A stretch of 17,537 nt of DNA from positions 1 to 17,537 of the forward strand of contig JBBQSO010000104.1 of assembly GCA_038213805.1 (NCBI GenBank), written 5' to 3'. Shown one piece after another: positions 1 through 9,687 of the stretch. The DNA comes from Planctomycetota bacterium (GTDB lineage: Bacteria; Planctomycetota; UBA11346). Numbering within the stretch: position 1 is the first letter of the stretch; each line of letters begins with the position of its first letter. A program made the translations under genes and the position numbers. The notes below the pieces were generated by a model that saw only the letters and a program-made list of their open reading frames with translations, did not search any database and was not told the origin of the DNA.

Positions 1-324
1 TCGCCACGCCGCGCAGCGCAACGGAGAGGTGATGGAGGAGATCATGCGCAGAAGTATGAGGGCTCATTAGGCCCGAAGAAATTTTTTTTAAAGCGTTGTC
101 AATACTAATATTATGGGTGGTTCGTAAGTGAACGGCATTGAGGGTACGGCTGGAGGGGAGTAGACGAAGGGCGGTAGGAAGCGAGGGCGCGAGGAAGCGA
201 GGAAGGCAGCAGAAAAAATCGGTGTGAGCGCGGTGAACACAGCAGGAATTCTGGTCACTATATGGACGTTCTCCCATGCTCCCTTCCTCTCGCTTGCCCT
301 CCCCTTCCCCCCTCTGTTCCAGCC

Positions 325-381
325 GTAACATCCCCCTGCCGCGCCTGTATAATGCCTGCCAGGCTGTGCCTACCCGGAGGG
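325..381 (+). promoter_or_regulatory. Putative sigma70 promoter and RBS of the 389..2137 gene
   Basis: GTAACA (325-330), 17-nt spacer, perfect TATAAT (348-353); GGAGG at 376-380 ahead of ATG 389. Confidence 0.55.
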
Positions 382-388
382 AACGTCC

Positions 389-2137
389 ATGCCCCGCGTC
401 ACCATGCATCCATCCCTCGCCCTGTTGCTCCTGGTCATGCCGTGCCTGGCGGGCGCGGCGGATGCCACCCCACCGGGGGTGCCACCCACCACCCCGCCTG
501 CCGCCGGGGTCCAGGCAGCGCCCAGTGCGGCGGTAGCAGCTCAGCTGGTCGCTGAGGGCAAGCGCCTGATGCAGGCCTCCAACAACGACCCCAGCCTGAG
601 TGTGGGTGCGGCCGTGGCCTTCTCGAAGGCCCTGCCCTACTATGAACAATCTGGCGAGTCCGACACCATCAGCGAACTCGAGGCCGACATCTTCTGGTGC
701 AAGAAGCGCATGAACCTGGAAGACGTCAAACGCTTCCGCGCCGCCAAGGACGGCAGCGCCACGGACACCGCCGCCCTCGACAAGGCCGAGGAGGTGGCGA
801 CCCGTCGCGTCGACGCGAACGAGGCCGATGCCTATTTCGCGCGCGCCCAGCGCTTCGCCACCGACCATCCCGCCGACCAGTTCGCTGTCGCGGTGCGCTG
901 GTTCGAGGTCGCGCAGCGCTTTCCGGGCACGCCTGTAGCGATCAAGGCTCAAGAGCAGAGTCTGGCCGCCCAGGGCAAGGCCATGCAGGCACAGGCCGCC
1001 GCCACCCAGGCCGACCTGGCCAAGCGTCGCACGCTCTTCGCGCGGCCCGCGCAACCTTCCAACGCGGCGGTTGCGCCGCCGGCGCCGGCCGACCAGCGCG
1101 CGGCCACCGCCCAGGTGCGCAAACTCTTCAAGGACCAGTTTGCGCGCACCAAGCCGGCGCAGAAGCGCAGGCTCGCGGTGCGCCTGCTCAAGGAGGCCGG
1201 GCAGACCGCGGACGACGCCGCGCTGCGCTGGGCTCTGCTTGCAGAGAGCCTGCAGCTCGCGGCCGACGGTGGCGATCTCGCCACGCTGATCACGGCCGCC
1301 GATGCACGCGCCACGCACTACACCGGCGTGGACGCCAAGGCGATCAAGAAGGATTGGCTGGCGAAACTGCACGCCCCGGTCGCGGCCGCCGCGCTCAAGC
1401 TGCTCGAAAATCCGGACGATCCCGACGCCAACACCACAGTCGGCAAGTGGTTCGCCCTCGACGCGCGCCATTGGGATGAGGCTCTTTCCATGCTTGCGCA
1501 CGGCAGCGATGCGGTGTGGAAGAAACCGTCCGAGATGGAACTGGCGGTGCCCGCCGGTCCTGGCCAGCGCCTTGAACTCGCCGACGGCTGGTACGACCTC
1601 GGCGCCAAGGCCAAGGACCAGGCCAAGGAGGCGCTGTGGGAACACGCCCTGACCTGGTACCGCGAGGCCGCCACCGGCCTGACCGGTCTCAGCGCCACCC
1701 GTGTCGCCACGCGCATCACCGAGATCGAGGACTTCCTGCCGCTGGTCGATGTCGACTGGAACGCGCTCACCGCCCGCCAGTGGGAACGCCTGCGCGCCCC
1801 GGCCAAGACCGTCAGCGTCCAGGCCGACCACCTGCCCGCCGGTCTGACCCTGGCCGCTGGGCAGAAGGTGCGGGTCGTGCCGCACCCGACCGACACCTGG
1901 TCGCTGGCCGGCTTCGGCATCCAGGCCACCGTCGACTGGAAGGGCTACGTCCAGGCCGGCAAGCAGGGTGACCACTTCATCGGTGCGCTGATCGTCTACG
2001 TCGGCAATGCGTCCTTCGCGCCCGGGGTGATCGAAGGCACCGGCGCAGTGTCGTTCGGCGCCTACCACCCTGCCTTCGTCGCCGCCAAGGCTGGCGAGAT
2101 CCGGGTAAAGATCCTGCCGGTCGAGGACGAGGAGTGA
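389..2137 (+). CDS. Secreted hypothetical protein with TPR-like helical repeats and a C-terminal beta-rich domain
   Basis: 582-aa ORF with host-like GC3 codon usage and a signal peptide (LALLLLVMPCLAGA). The segment DPDANTTVGKWF..WDEALSMLAHGSD..LELADGWYDL..ALTWY..LTGL resembles a helical module I recall from planctomycete secreted proteins and kinases. Confidence 0.8.
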   Translation: MPRVTMHPSLALLLLVMPCLAGAADATPPGVPPTTPPAAGVQAAPSAAVAAQLVAEGKRLMQASNNDPSLSVGAAVAFSKALPYYEQSGESDTISELEADIFWCKKRMNLEDVKRFRAAKDGSATDTAALDKAEEVATRRVDANEADAYFARAQRFATDHPADQFAVAVRWFEVAQRFPGTPVAIKAQEQSLAAQGKAMQAQAAATQADLAKRRTLFARPAQPSNAAVAPPAPADQRAATAQVRKLFKDQFARTKPAQKRRLAVRLLKEAGQTADDAALRWALLAESLQLAADGGDLATLITAADARATHYTGVDAKAIKKDWLAKLHAPVAAAALKLLENPDDPDANTTVGKWFALDARHWDEALSMLAHGSDAVWKKPSEMELAVPAGPGQRLELADGWYDLGAKAKDQAKEALWEHALTWYREAATGLTGLSATRVATRITEIEDFLPLVDVDWNALTARQWERLRAPAKTVSVQADHLPAGLTLAAGQKVRVVPHPTDTWSLAGFGIQATVDWKGYVQAGKQGDHFIGALIVYVGNASFAPGVIEGTGAVSFGAYHPAFVAAKAGEIRVKILPVEDEE

Positions 2138-2392
2138 TCCGCGCGTCTGCGCGGCAACTGCGCGGCTGAGGGCTACTCCGAGCATGAAGCGCATCCGCAG
2201 CGCTGGTACGACCGTCACGCGGCGGCCCGCACGCCGTTGACCGCGGATGCAGGAATCCTGCGCAGACCGCCATCCACGGATGGATTCCCTCCACCGCGTG
2301 CATGGACGCCGCCCATACCGGCCTTATCCGCAACGCCGCCACGATCGGCCGGTCTCATGCCCAGCACCTGCCCGCCCCCTCCGGAGCCTGCC

Positions 2393-4384
2393 ATGACCGC
2401 TTTCCGCACCCCGCTGCTCACCCTCCTTGCCCTTGCCGCCCCGCTCGCGTCCCGCCTTGGTGCGGTCGAGCACGAGCACGATCGGCCCTTTCTGCACCCG
2501 CTGTTCAGTGATCACACCGTTCTGCAGCGCGACATGCCGGTGCCGGTGTGGGGCTGGGCGGCGCCAGGCAGCGTGGTGACGGTGGCGATGAACGGTGCGC
2601 AGGGTACGGCCACTGCCGCAGCCGATGGTCGCTGGACGGTAAAGGTCGGACCCTTCCCCGCCGGCGGTCCGTACACCATGACCGTGACCGGTGCGGTCAC
2701 GGTGACGGTCACCGATATCCTGATGGGCGACGTGTGGATCTGCTCCGGGCAGTCGAACATGGAGATGGGCATCGGTGCCTGCAATTATGACGACGAGATC
2801 AAGGCGGCCGAACACCCCGATATCCGTCTGCTGACCGTGCCACGCAAGGTCGCCAAGGAGCCGACCTACACCGCCGACCTCACCTGGCTGCCCTGCCATC
2901 CCGACACCGTCACCAAGGGCATGTGGAGCGGCTTCAGCGCCGCGGGCTACTTCTTCGGCCGCGAGCTCAACCGTGAGCTCAAAGTCCCGATCGGCCTGAT
3001 CCACACCTCGTGGGGCGGCACCATCGCCGAGGCATGGACCAGTGCCGAGGGCTTGGCCAGTATGCCCGACTTCGCCGACCGCCTGGCCCAGGTGGTCGCT
3101 GCGCGCAGCGTGCCCGAGGACGAGTACGCCAATCAGCTTGCCACCTGGTACAAGGCCAACGACCCCGGTACCGGCGCCAACTGGGAAAAACCCGGCACCG
3201 ACGTCAAAGACTGGAAGGACATCGCGGTGCCCAAGCCGTGGGAGCAGTCCGGCGTGCCCGGCTTCGAGACCTTCGACGGTGTCGCCTGGTACCGCCGCGA
3301 CTTCGACGCTCCGGCCGACTGGGTTGGTAAGGATCTGGTACTGAACCTCGGCCCGATCGACGATATCGACACCACCTGGGTCAACGGCCAGCCGGTCGGC
3401 AGCGCGGAGCGCTACGACATCGCGCGCACCTACACCATCCCGGCCAAGCTGGTGCGCAAGGGCCGCAACTCCATCGCCGTGCGCGTGCTCGACACCGGCG
3501 GCCTGGGCGGCATCTGGGGCAAGCCGGAGCAGCTCTCCGTCGGCCCCGCCGGCGTTCCGCCGCTGCCCCTCGCGGGCACCTGGAAGATCAAGGACAGCAG
3601 CACGCTGGCCAAGCTCGGCGCGCCGCCGTCGCGCATCGACAGCAGCAACCCCAACGTGGTGACGGTGCTCTCCAACGGCATGCTCGAGCCCATCGTCCCC
3701 TACGCGGTCAAGGGCGCGATCTGGTACCAGGGCGAGAGCAATGCCGGCCGCGCCTGGCAGTATCGCACCCTGCTGCCGGCGATGATCACCGACTGGCGCA
3801 CGCGCTTCGGCTGCGGCGATTTCGGCTTCCACATCGTCTCACTGGCCGGCTTCATGAAAAGCGCGCCGCAGCCCGGCGACAACGATTGGGCCGAGCTGCG
3901 CGAGGCGCAGGCGCTGACCGCGAAGCAGCTCAAGAACTGCGGTCTCGCCCTGGCCATCGATATCGGCAACGCCGACGACATCCATCCCAAGGACAAGCGC
4001 GAGGTCGGCCGGCGCCTGGCGCTCAGCGCGCTCGCCAATACCTATCACCAGGCGGTGGAGTGGTCGGGCCCATGGTACGCCAAGATGGACGTCGAAGGCG
4101 CGAAGATCCGCCTGCACTTCGACCACCTCGGTGGCGGGCTGGTGGCCAAGGGCGACAAGCTGACCGGCTTCGCCATCGCTGGTGCAGACCACGTCTTCAC
4201 CTGGGCCGACGCGCAGATCGACGGCGACACCGTGGTGATAAGCGCCGCCGCGGTCGCCGCCCCCGAGGCGGTGCGCTATGCCTGGGATGCGAACCCGGTG
4301 TGCGACCTGTTCAACAAGGCCGGCCTGCCGGCGGTGCCGTTTCGCACCGACGACTATCCGGCGCGGACGCGCGACGCGAAGTGA
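2393..4384 (+). CDS. Sialate O-acetylesterase family protein (split SASA/SGNH domain with inserted galactose-binding-like beta-sandwich)
   Basis: Motifs LFSDHTVLQRD, GDVWICSGQSNM (catalytic Ser), FSAAGYFFGREL, WGGT, GAIWYQGESN and DDIHPKDK (DxxH). The insert has FDGVAWYRR, LGPIDDIDTTWVNG and NSIAVRVLD. Start set at ATG 2393, which begins a signal peptide (MTAFRTPLLTLLALAAPLA), rather than 2237. Confidence 0.92.
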   Translation: MTAFRTPLLTLLALAAPLASRLGAVEHEHDRPFLHPLFSDHTVLQRDMPVPVWGWAAPGSVVTVAMNGAQGTATAAADGRWTVKVGPFPAGGPYTMTVTGAVTVTVTDILMGDVWICSGQSNMEMGIGACNYDDEIKAAEHPDIRLLTVPRKVAKEPTYTADLTWLPCHPDTVTKGMWSGFSAAGYFFGRELNRELKVPIGLIHTSWGGTIAEAWTSAEGLASMPDFADRLAQVVAARSVPEDEYANQLATWYKANDPGTGANWEKPGTDVKDWKDIAVPKPWEQSGVPGFETFDGVAWYRRDFDAPADWVGKDLVLNLGPIDDIDTTWVNGQPVGSAERYDIARTYTIPAKLVRKGRNSIAVRVLDTGGLGGIWGKPEQLSVGPAGVPPLPLAGTWKIKDSSTLAKLGAPPSRIDSSNPNVVTVLSNGMLEPIVPYAVKGAIWYQGESNAGRAWQYRTLLPAMITDWRTRFGCGDFGFHIVSLAGFMKSAPQPGDNDWAELREAQALTAKQLKNCGLALAIDIGNADDIHPKDKREVGRRLALSALANTYHQAVEWSGPWYAKMDVEGAKIRLHFDHLGGGLVAKGDKLTGFAIAGADHVFTWADAQIDGDTVVISAAAVAAPEAVRYAWDANPVCDLFNKAGLPAVPFRTDDYPARTRDAK

Positions 4385-4397
4385 TGGGCGCCTCGAC

Positions 4398-4790
4398 TCG
4401 AATCCTCCCCCGATTCTGCGTACGGGTGGTTACGCGGCCTCGGCCTGCTGGAGATCGACGTCCATCGGGATGAGGTTGCCGATGGAGGTGTGGCGAATGG
4501 TCTTGTTGGAGCAGTACTTCCGTGTACTCGAAAATGTCGCTCTGAGCTTCAGCGCGAGCCTGGAAATCGCGTCGGTGGATCACCTCGTTCTTCAGCGTCT
4601 GCCAGAAGCGTTCGGCGACCGCGTTGTCGTAGCGGCAACCGCGCCGATTGATGCTGGCGACCATGCCGTTGGCATGGAGCACGGTGCGATGGTCGTCACC
4701 GGCATACTGGCTGCTACGATCGCTCTGGTGGATAAGGCCGGGCTTGGACTGGCGATCAGCGCTCGCCATGGCAAGCCATCGAAAACGTCT
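4398..4790 (-). mobile_element. Degenerate IS3-family remnant: frameshifted OrfB (rve integrase core) C-terminus plus right terminal IR
   Basis: The minus strand encodes PGLIHQSDRSSQY..GMVASINRRGCRYDNAVAERFWQTLKNE..AQSDIFEYTEV, matching IS3 HHSDRGSQY/DNAVAESFF. After a frameshift near 4512 it reads NKTIRHTSIGNLIP..QQAEAA-stop (4430-4432). This is followed by CCCGTACGCAGAATCGGGGGAGGATTCGA, which resembles an IS3 right end. The left limit of similarity is approximate. Confidence 0.88.
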
Positions 4791-5518
4791 GCCGATACCA
4801 CTTGGCGCCAAGTCCGGTCGATTATTTCCCCGCGATCGCAAATCGCCAATCGGACGTTTTTCAGAGCGGCATGATCAATGGGCAGCATTGGTAAAAGCGG
4901 ACTCTGCGTGAAAATGAGTCATGGTAGGCAGCGACTGCCCGAGAAGGGCAATGGCTGCATAAGCGCAGCCTTGCCGGCAACATCATTGCAATCAGTGCAC
5001 TCCAGGGCCAGTCCCAAGAACAGTCATGCTCCGCCGCGAACACACTTACAACGACGGGCACCGGAAATTTCCGGACTATAAGCCCCGCCGTTCCGGAGTA
5101 CCGACGATGATTGGGAAATGGATATCGGCATGGCCGCCGAACCAAAGGTTTGCTGCAAATGCCATTAGCCAAGATTTCGTCCCGGCTACACATTTTTTTC
5201 CACGGCGCATCAGCGGCAGCGATATCCAGCAATTGCCACAGCCGTCGCCTGCTGGACGCGAATCACCGGCGACATTTCGCGGAGGTCGTTGCCCGGATGC
5301 ACACGTTGGGGAAGGAATTCTGCGATGTGTGGGCAAAGTGCCAGGCGCGAAATTATTTGCCCAACCGGGGATAGGCGTCAAAGTGCCCGGAAACGTTCGA
5401 ACAACGAGCGTCCGGAATAGTCATCGTACACTCTTGGGAACATGACTATCATGCACATGCTCATGTTGTTCAATATCCACTGTCGTGCCCAACACCCATC
5501 ACCAGGGTTGGTAATTCC

Positions 5519-6481
5519 ATGAACTATCTGCTGGCGCTCTTGGTCCTCTGTCTGATCAATGCCCAAGCGAATACGGCAGAGGGCAAGCTGCTGAAGGTCT
5601 TCATCCTGGCGGGCCAATCGAACATGGAGGGCCAAGGAGTCGTCGATCTCACAGGCGCGGACTACAACGGGGGCCGCGGGACGCTAACCGCGCTCATGAA
5701 CGATCCGGTCAAGGGTGCGAGATATGGGCACCTTAAATCTTCGGACGGGAATTGGGCCGTCCGTGACGACGTGTGGGTTTGGTATCAGCGTGAAAACGCG
5801 CCGCTGCTCGCGGGGCCTTTGTCTCTTGGATTCTCAGTCTACGGTGATCGGCATCATTTTGGGCCTGAGTTGCAATTCGGCCACGTGATTGGCGAGGCGA
5901 TGGCGGATCAAGTCCTGATCATCAAGACTGCATGGGGTGGCAAGAGCCTGAACGTCGACTTTCGTCCGCCGAGTTCAGGCGGAACGGTTGGTCCGTACTA
6001 CAACCGGATGATCCAGGACATCCAGGTAGCGCTGGGATCGCTGAAGAGGACATTCCCGTCCTATGATGGCAGGGGATACGTGATCGCAGGATTCGTATGG
6101 TGGCATGGCTGGAATGATTATGTCGATGAAAAGGCGGCGATGAATTATGGACAGAATCTTACGAATCTGATCAACGATGTCCGTAAAGATTTGAAGGCGC
6201 CTAAGCTACCGGTGGTGATCGGCGAACTGACCGGACCCTGGGCCAAGGAATATAGTGGCCTTCCCGCTTCGGCGCTGGCAATCAGAAACGCCCAGCTCGC
6301 GGTGTCGAAACGGGATGAGTTTTTGGGGACGGTAAAGTTTGTCGAGACCAGTTCATACGTACGCAAGTCGACAGAATCTCCCAATCCTGGCCATGGCCAC
6401 CACGAATTCGGAAATGCAGAAACGTATTTCCTGGTCGGCGACGGTCTGGGCGAAGGCATGAAGGATTTGCTCAAACCATGA
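5519..6481 (+). CDS. Secreted SASA/CE6-like carbohydrate acetylesterase
   Basis: Signal peptide; KVFILAGQSNMEG (catalytic Ser), HFGPELQFG, LIIKTAWGGKSL..DFRPPS, GFVWWHGWND, LPVVIGE, GHGHHEFGNAETY. Confidence 0.88.
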   Translation: MNYLLALLVLCLINAQANTAEGKLLKVFILAGQSNMEGQGVVDLTGADYNGGRGTLTALMNDPVKGARYGHLKSSDGNWAVRDDVWVWYQRENAPLLAGPLSLGFSVYGDRHHFGPELQFGHVIGEAMADQVLIIKTAWGGKSLNVDFRPPSSGGTVGPYYNRMIQDIQVALGSLKRTFPSYDGRGYVIAGFVWWHGWNDYVDEKAAMNYGQNLTNLINDVRKDLKAPKLPVVIGELTGPWAKEYSGLPASALAIRNAQLAVSKRDEFLGTVKFVETSSYVRKSTESPNPGHGHHEFGNAETYFLVGDGLGEGMKDLLKP

Positions 6482-8964
6482 TTTATTTGCAAATATCACT
6501 AATTAAAAAGGTTATTTTCTATGCAATCGCATTGTTGGCTCTTGTGTCGCTCATCCAAATAGCGGCATCGGCAAGTGAATCTCCCCCAGATCTGACGCAT
6601 ACCCAGCTGGTCGATCGTGAGCGCACCTATAATCTCGGCGCCACTGGTCTGCGCGGTTGGATCTACACCAGGCCGGAGACCTACTTGGACAGCATCCAAG
6701 GGCGGACCACAGCGGTGAGCCGACAAATATTGGTCACCCATGTTGGAGCGAAATCACCATCGGATGGCGTCTTGCATGTCGATGACGTGATTCTGGGTGT
6801 TGATGGAAAGTTGTTCTCGGACGATGCGCGAAAAGGCATCGCCCTGGCAATCCAGGACGCAGAGAAACAGGAGAACGGCGGAATCCTGAGGCTCACGTGC
6901 TGGCGCTCTGGAACAGTCAAGGAGGTGAACATTAAACTCCAAGTTATGGGAACCTACAGCGATTCAGCGCCCTACGGCTGCGCGAAATCCAAAAAAATCT
7001 TTGACGAGGCGTGTGCCGTGCTGGCGCATGAACCGCTGCAGGAAAACTGGAATGGCGCGATAAACGGCTTGGCGCTGATGGCGTCAGGAAATCCTGAATA
7101 CCTGCCACGCGTGCGTGATTTCGCCCACAAGATTGGACCCACTACCTTGAATCTGACCGCGCGTGAAGGAATGGTGATATGGGACTGGGGATACCGATCT
7201 CTATTCTTGTGCGAATATTACCTGCTAACTGGCGATAATGAGGTGTTGCCTGCCATCACCACATACACGGTCACATTGGCAAAGGGGCAGAGCATGTACG
7301 GCACCTTTGGTCATGGTGTCGCGCTGCCCACCGCTGATGGCAAGCTGCATGGATCGATTCCTCCTTATGGGCCGGTCAATGAAGCGGGATTGATTGGCAA
7401 TCTTGCTATTGCCTTGGGTAGGAAATGCGGCGTCAGGGAACCCGAGGTTGAGGATGCCATGGTACGGGCATCTTCATTCTTCGGGTATTACGTCGACAAG
7501 GGCGCTATCCCCTATGGCGAACACGAACCGTGGCCCTATCACGAGAACAACGGCAAAGGCTCCATGGCGGCCATGCTTTTTTCTGCCCAAGGACGGACCC
7601 TTGAGGCGCAGTTCTTTGCCAAGATGGCGACAGCTGGCTATGCGAATCGCGAGATCGGCCACACCGGCCAGGGCTTCAGCTACCTGTGGAGTGCGTTGGG
7701 CGCGAACGTGGGCGGACCGGCTGCGACGGCGGCATTTTTCAAGGAGGCATCATGGCATTTTGATCTGGTGCGGCGCAGCGACGGATCGTTCACCTATGAT
7801 GGGGGCGAACAATACGGCCCTGGGAAGACTGATGACAACACCTATTATGGGAAAAGCGGTTACTATGGGTTGAGCCCAACGGCTACCTATGTACTGACTT
7901 ACGCGCTGCCACTTAAGAAGATCTTTATCACGGGCAAGGAATCCGTTCAGTCGACTTGGCTGAGCAAGAAAGATGTGGCAGACGCTATCGCCTCTGGCCG
8001 TTTCGATAGTGAACGCACCAAAATGACTCCGCAGCAACTGATCGCTGCATTCGCTGATTGGTCGCCCATTGTCCGTGGCTGGGCAGCAGAGGAACTGGCC
8101 CGCCGGCCAGAGGCGAAGGAACTGATTCCGCAGCTCATCGCCATGGCGGACTGCAAGGACGCACACCTCGAACAGGGTGCTTGCGAGGCGCTCGGTCTGC
8201 TCAGCAGCGTCGAGGCTCTCCCCGTCCTGGTGCGCAATCTTGCACATAAAGATCGATGGGTGCGCTACAAGGCGGCGCAAGCGATCAGAAGAATGGATGG
8301 TGCGGCCAAGCCGGCCCTGGCGGAGATCCTCAAGGCGATTGTAGCAACCGCAGAGCCGCTGCAGCCGATCATGTGGGCCGATCCTATCCAGTTGGCGCAT
8401 GGCCAGCTGGCCGCCGCGTTGTTTCAGGGGCAATTGACGAGCGACCTCAAAAACATCGATCCGAAGTTGCTCTACCCGGCGATCCGTGTGGTGTCACACA
8501 ACGCGGATGGCATGGCGCGGGCGACTCTGAAGAGATTTTTCGAGCGCGAGCTGTCGCCTGAGGACATGGACGCCCTCGCCCCCGACATTCTTGCTGCCGT
8601 CAAAGAGCGCGCACCGGCCGATACGATGTTCGGCAATGAGATCCGCATGGGCGGATTCAAAGCGCTGACCAAGTACAAATACCGAGAAGGAATAGAAATG
8701 GGCGTCCTGTTGGCCATGACGCAGGGTGGTCATGGCAGCGAAGTCCGGACAGGAGAAATCATGAAAGAGATCGTCGCATATGGTTCGGCGGCAAAGGTCG
8801 CCATTCCGGGCTTACTTGAAGTGATTGCGATGTTCAACCAGCAATGCGCACGGAACGAATTTCCCGCTGGGGACTTGAATGACCGTCGGGTCAACGCAAT
8901 CAGGGTGGCCATCAAGGCCATTCAGGCCGCCTCTACTCAGCCAGCCATGAAGTCGATCAAGTAG
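6478..8964 (+). CDS. DUF6288-like protein: signal/TM anchor, PDZ domain, alpha-helical core, HEAT repeats
   Basis: 828-aa ORF overlapping the esterase stop (ATGA). Contains YNLGATGLRGW, a PDZ-like ILVTHVGAKSPSDGVLHVDDVILGVDG, a core with HENNGK/GHTGQGFSYLW/RRSDGSF, and HEAT-like repeats (DWSPIVRGWAAEEL, GACEALG, DRWVRYKAAQAI). Family name recalled, not searched. Confidence 0.8.
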   Translation: MIYLQISLIKKVIFYAIALLALVSLIQIAASASESPPDLTHTQLVDRERTYNLGATGLRGWIYTRPETYLDSIQGRTTAVSRQILVTHVGAKSPSDGVLHVDDVILGVDGKLFSDDARKGIALAIQDAEKQENGGILRLTCWRSGTVKEVNIKLQVMGTYSDSAPYGCAKSKKIFDEACAVLAHEPLQENWNGAINGLALMASGNPEYLPRVRDFAHKIGPTTLNLTAREGMVIWDWGYRSLFLCEYYLLTGDNEVLPAITTYTVTLAKGQSMYGTFGHGVALPTADGKLHGSIPPYGPVNEAGLIGNLAIALGRKCGVREPEVEDAMVRASSFFGYYVDKGAIPYGEHEPWPYHENNGKGSMAAMLFSAQGRTLEAQFFAKMATAGYANREIGHTGQGFSYLWSALGANVGGPAATAAFFKEASWHFDLVRRSDGSFTYDGGEQYGPGKTDDNTYYGKSGYYGLSPTATYVLTYALPLKKIFITGKESVQSTWLSKKDVADAIASGRFDSERTKMTPQQLIAAFADWSPIVRGWAAEELARRPEAKELIPQLIAMADCKDAHLEQGACEALGLLSSVEALPVLVRNLAHKDRWVRYKAAQAIRRMDGAAKPALAEILKAIVATAEPLQPIMWADPIQLAHGQLAAALFQGQLTSDLKNIDPKLLYPAIRVVSHNADGMARATLKRFFERELSPEDMDALAPDILAAVKERAPADTMFGNEIRMGGFKALTKYKYREGIEMGVLLAMTQGGHGSEVRTGEIMKEIVAYGSAAKVAIPGLLEVIAMFNQQCARNEFPAGDLNDRRVNAIRVAIKAIQAASTQPAMKSIK

Positions 8965-9687
8965 GTGATTGTCGGTGGGTTGCTCTGGTGCAGGACCACG
9001 CCGACGTCGATGTCCACCTTCATGTCCTAATTAGACTATGTGCCCCTAGGACGCCACACCCCATCGCCGTCCTGGCTCTGGCTAGGATCGGCGTCTTGAT
9101 CGTCCGGTTGTTGTGGACCTATGGGGTCCCACGTGCCGCACATGCACCCTCCGCACCTAGTTTAACGGCCGCACAATTTCCCTTTGGGGTACCACGGTTA
9201 CGGTGTCTGAGATACATTTGCCGGCTAAAAAACACGCTTCGCCTACAGCGCATGCCGGTGCGCGCCCGGCTCAATTTCCGCGACGTGATCGCCATGGAGG
9301 TCGCGGCGTTGACCATGGTCGGGTCACCGACCATCCCAGCCTGAACCGCGGGCCCGACTGGAATGCGACGTCATTGAGGTAGCGACCGCCACAGCGCCGT
9401 GTTGAGCGGATTTCATTCGCTCTCATGGTTTATTGCGGACGGATACTCGTCGCACGCTGGATCCTGCGCAGCGCCCCAGGCTCATGCTCGATCGGTGCCA
9501 TCAGCCACTGCCAGATACCCCGCAGTGTCTGGAAGCGCTGGCGACGTGGTGCGCGGCCGATCACGGGGCGCAAGATCTTAAGCAGGCTCTTGGGCGCGGT
9601 CGACGAGGTCAGGGCGGGCATGGCACGGCTCCAATAGGGTTTCTATGAACCCTCATAGGCCAAAACCGACACTGTGTCAATAACAAC

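Noticed and set aside
1..67. 5' end of a minus-strand gene (ATG at 45 or 67)
   Set aside because: Plausible but only 15-22 codons are visible, two frames are possible and no motif is present.
2237..2392. N-terminal extension of the esterase (likewise 13754-13942 for thioredoxin)
   Set aside because: Low-complexity extensions precede clear signal peptides starting at ATG 2393 and 13943.
2324..3832. 502-aa minus-strand ORF
   Set aside because: Antisense shadow of the well-supported esterase, typical of high-GC DNA.
4278..4874. 198-aa plus-strand ORF
   Set aside because: Antisense of the IS3 transposase remnant.
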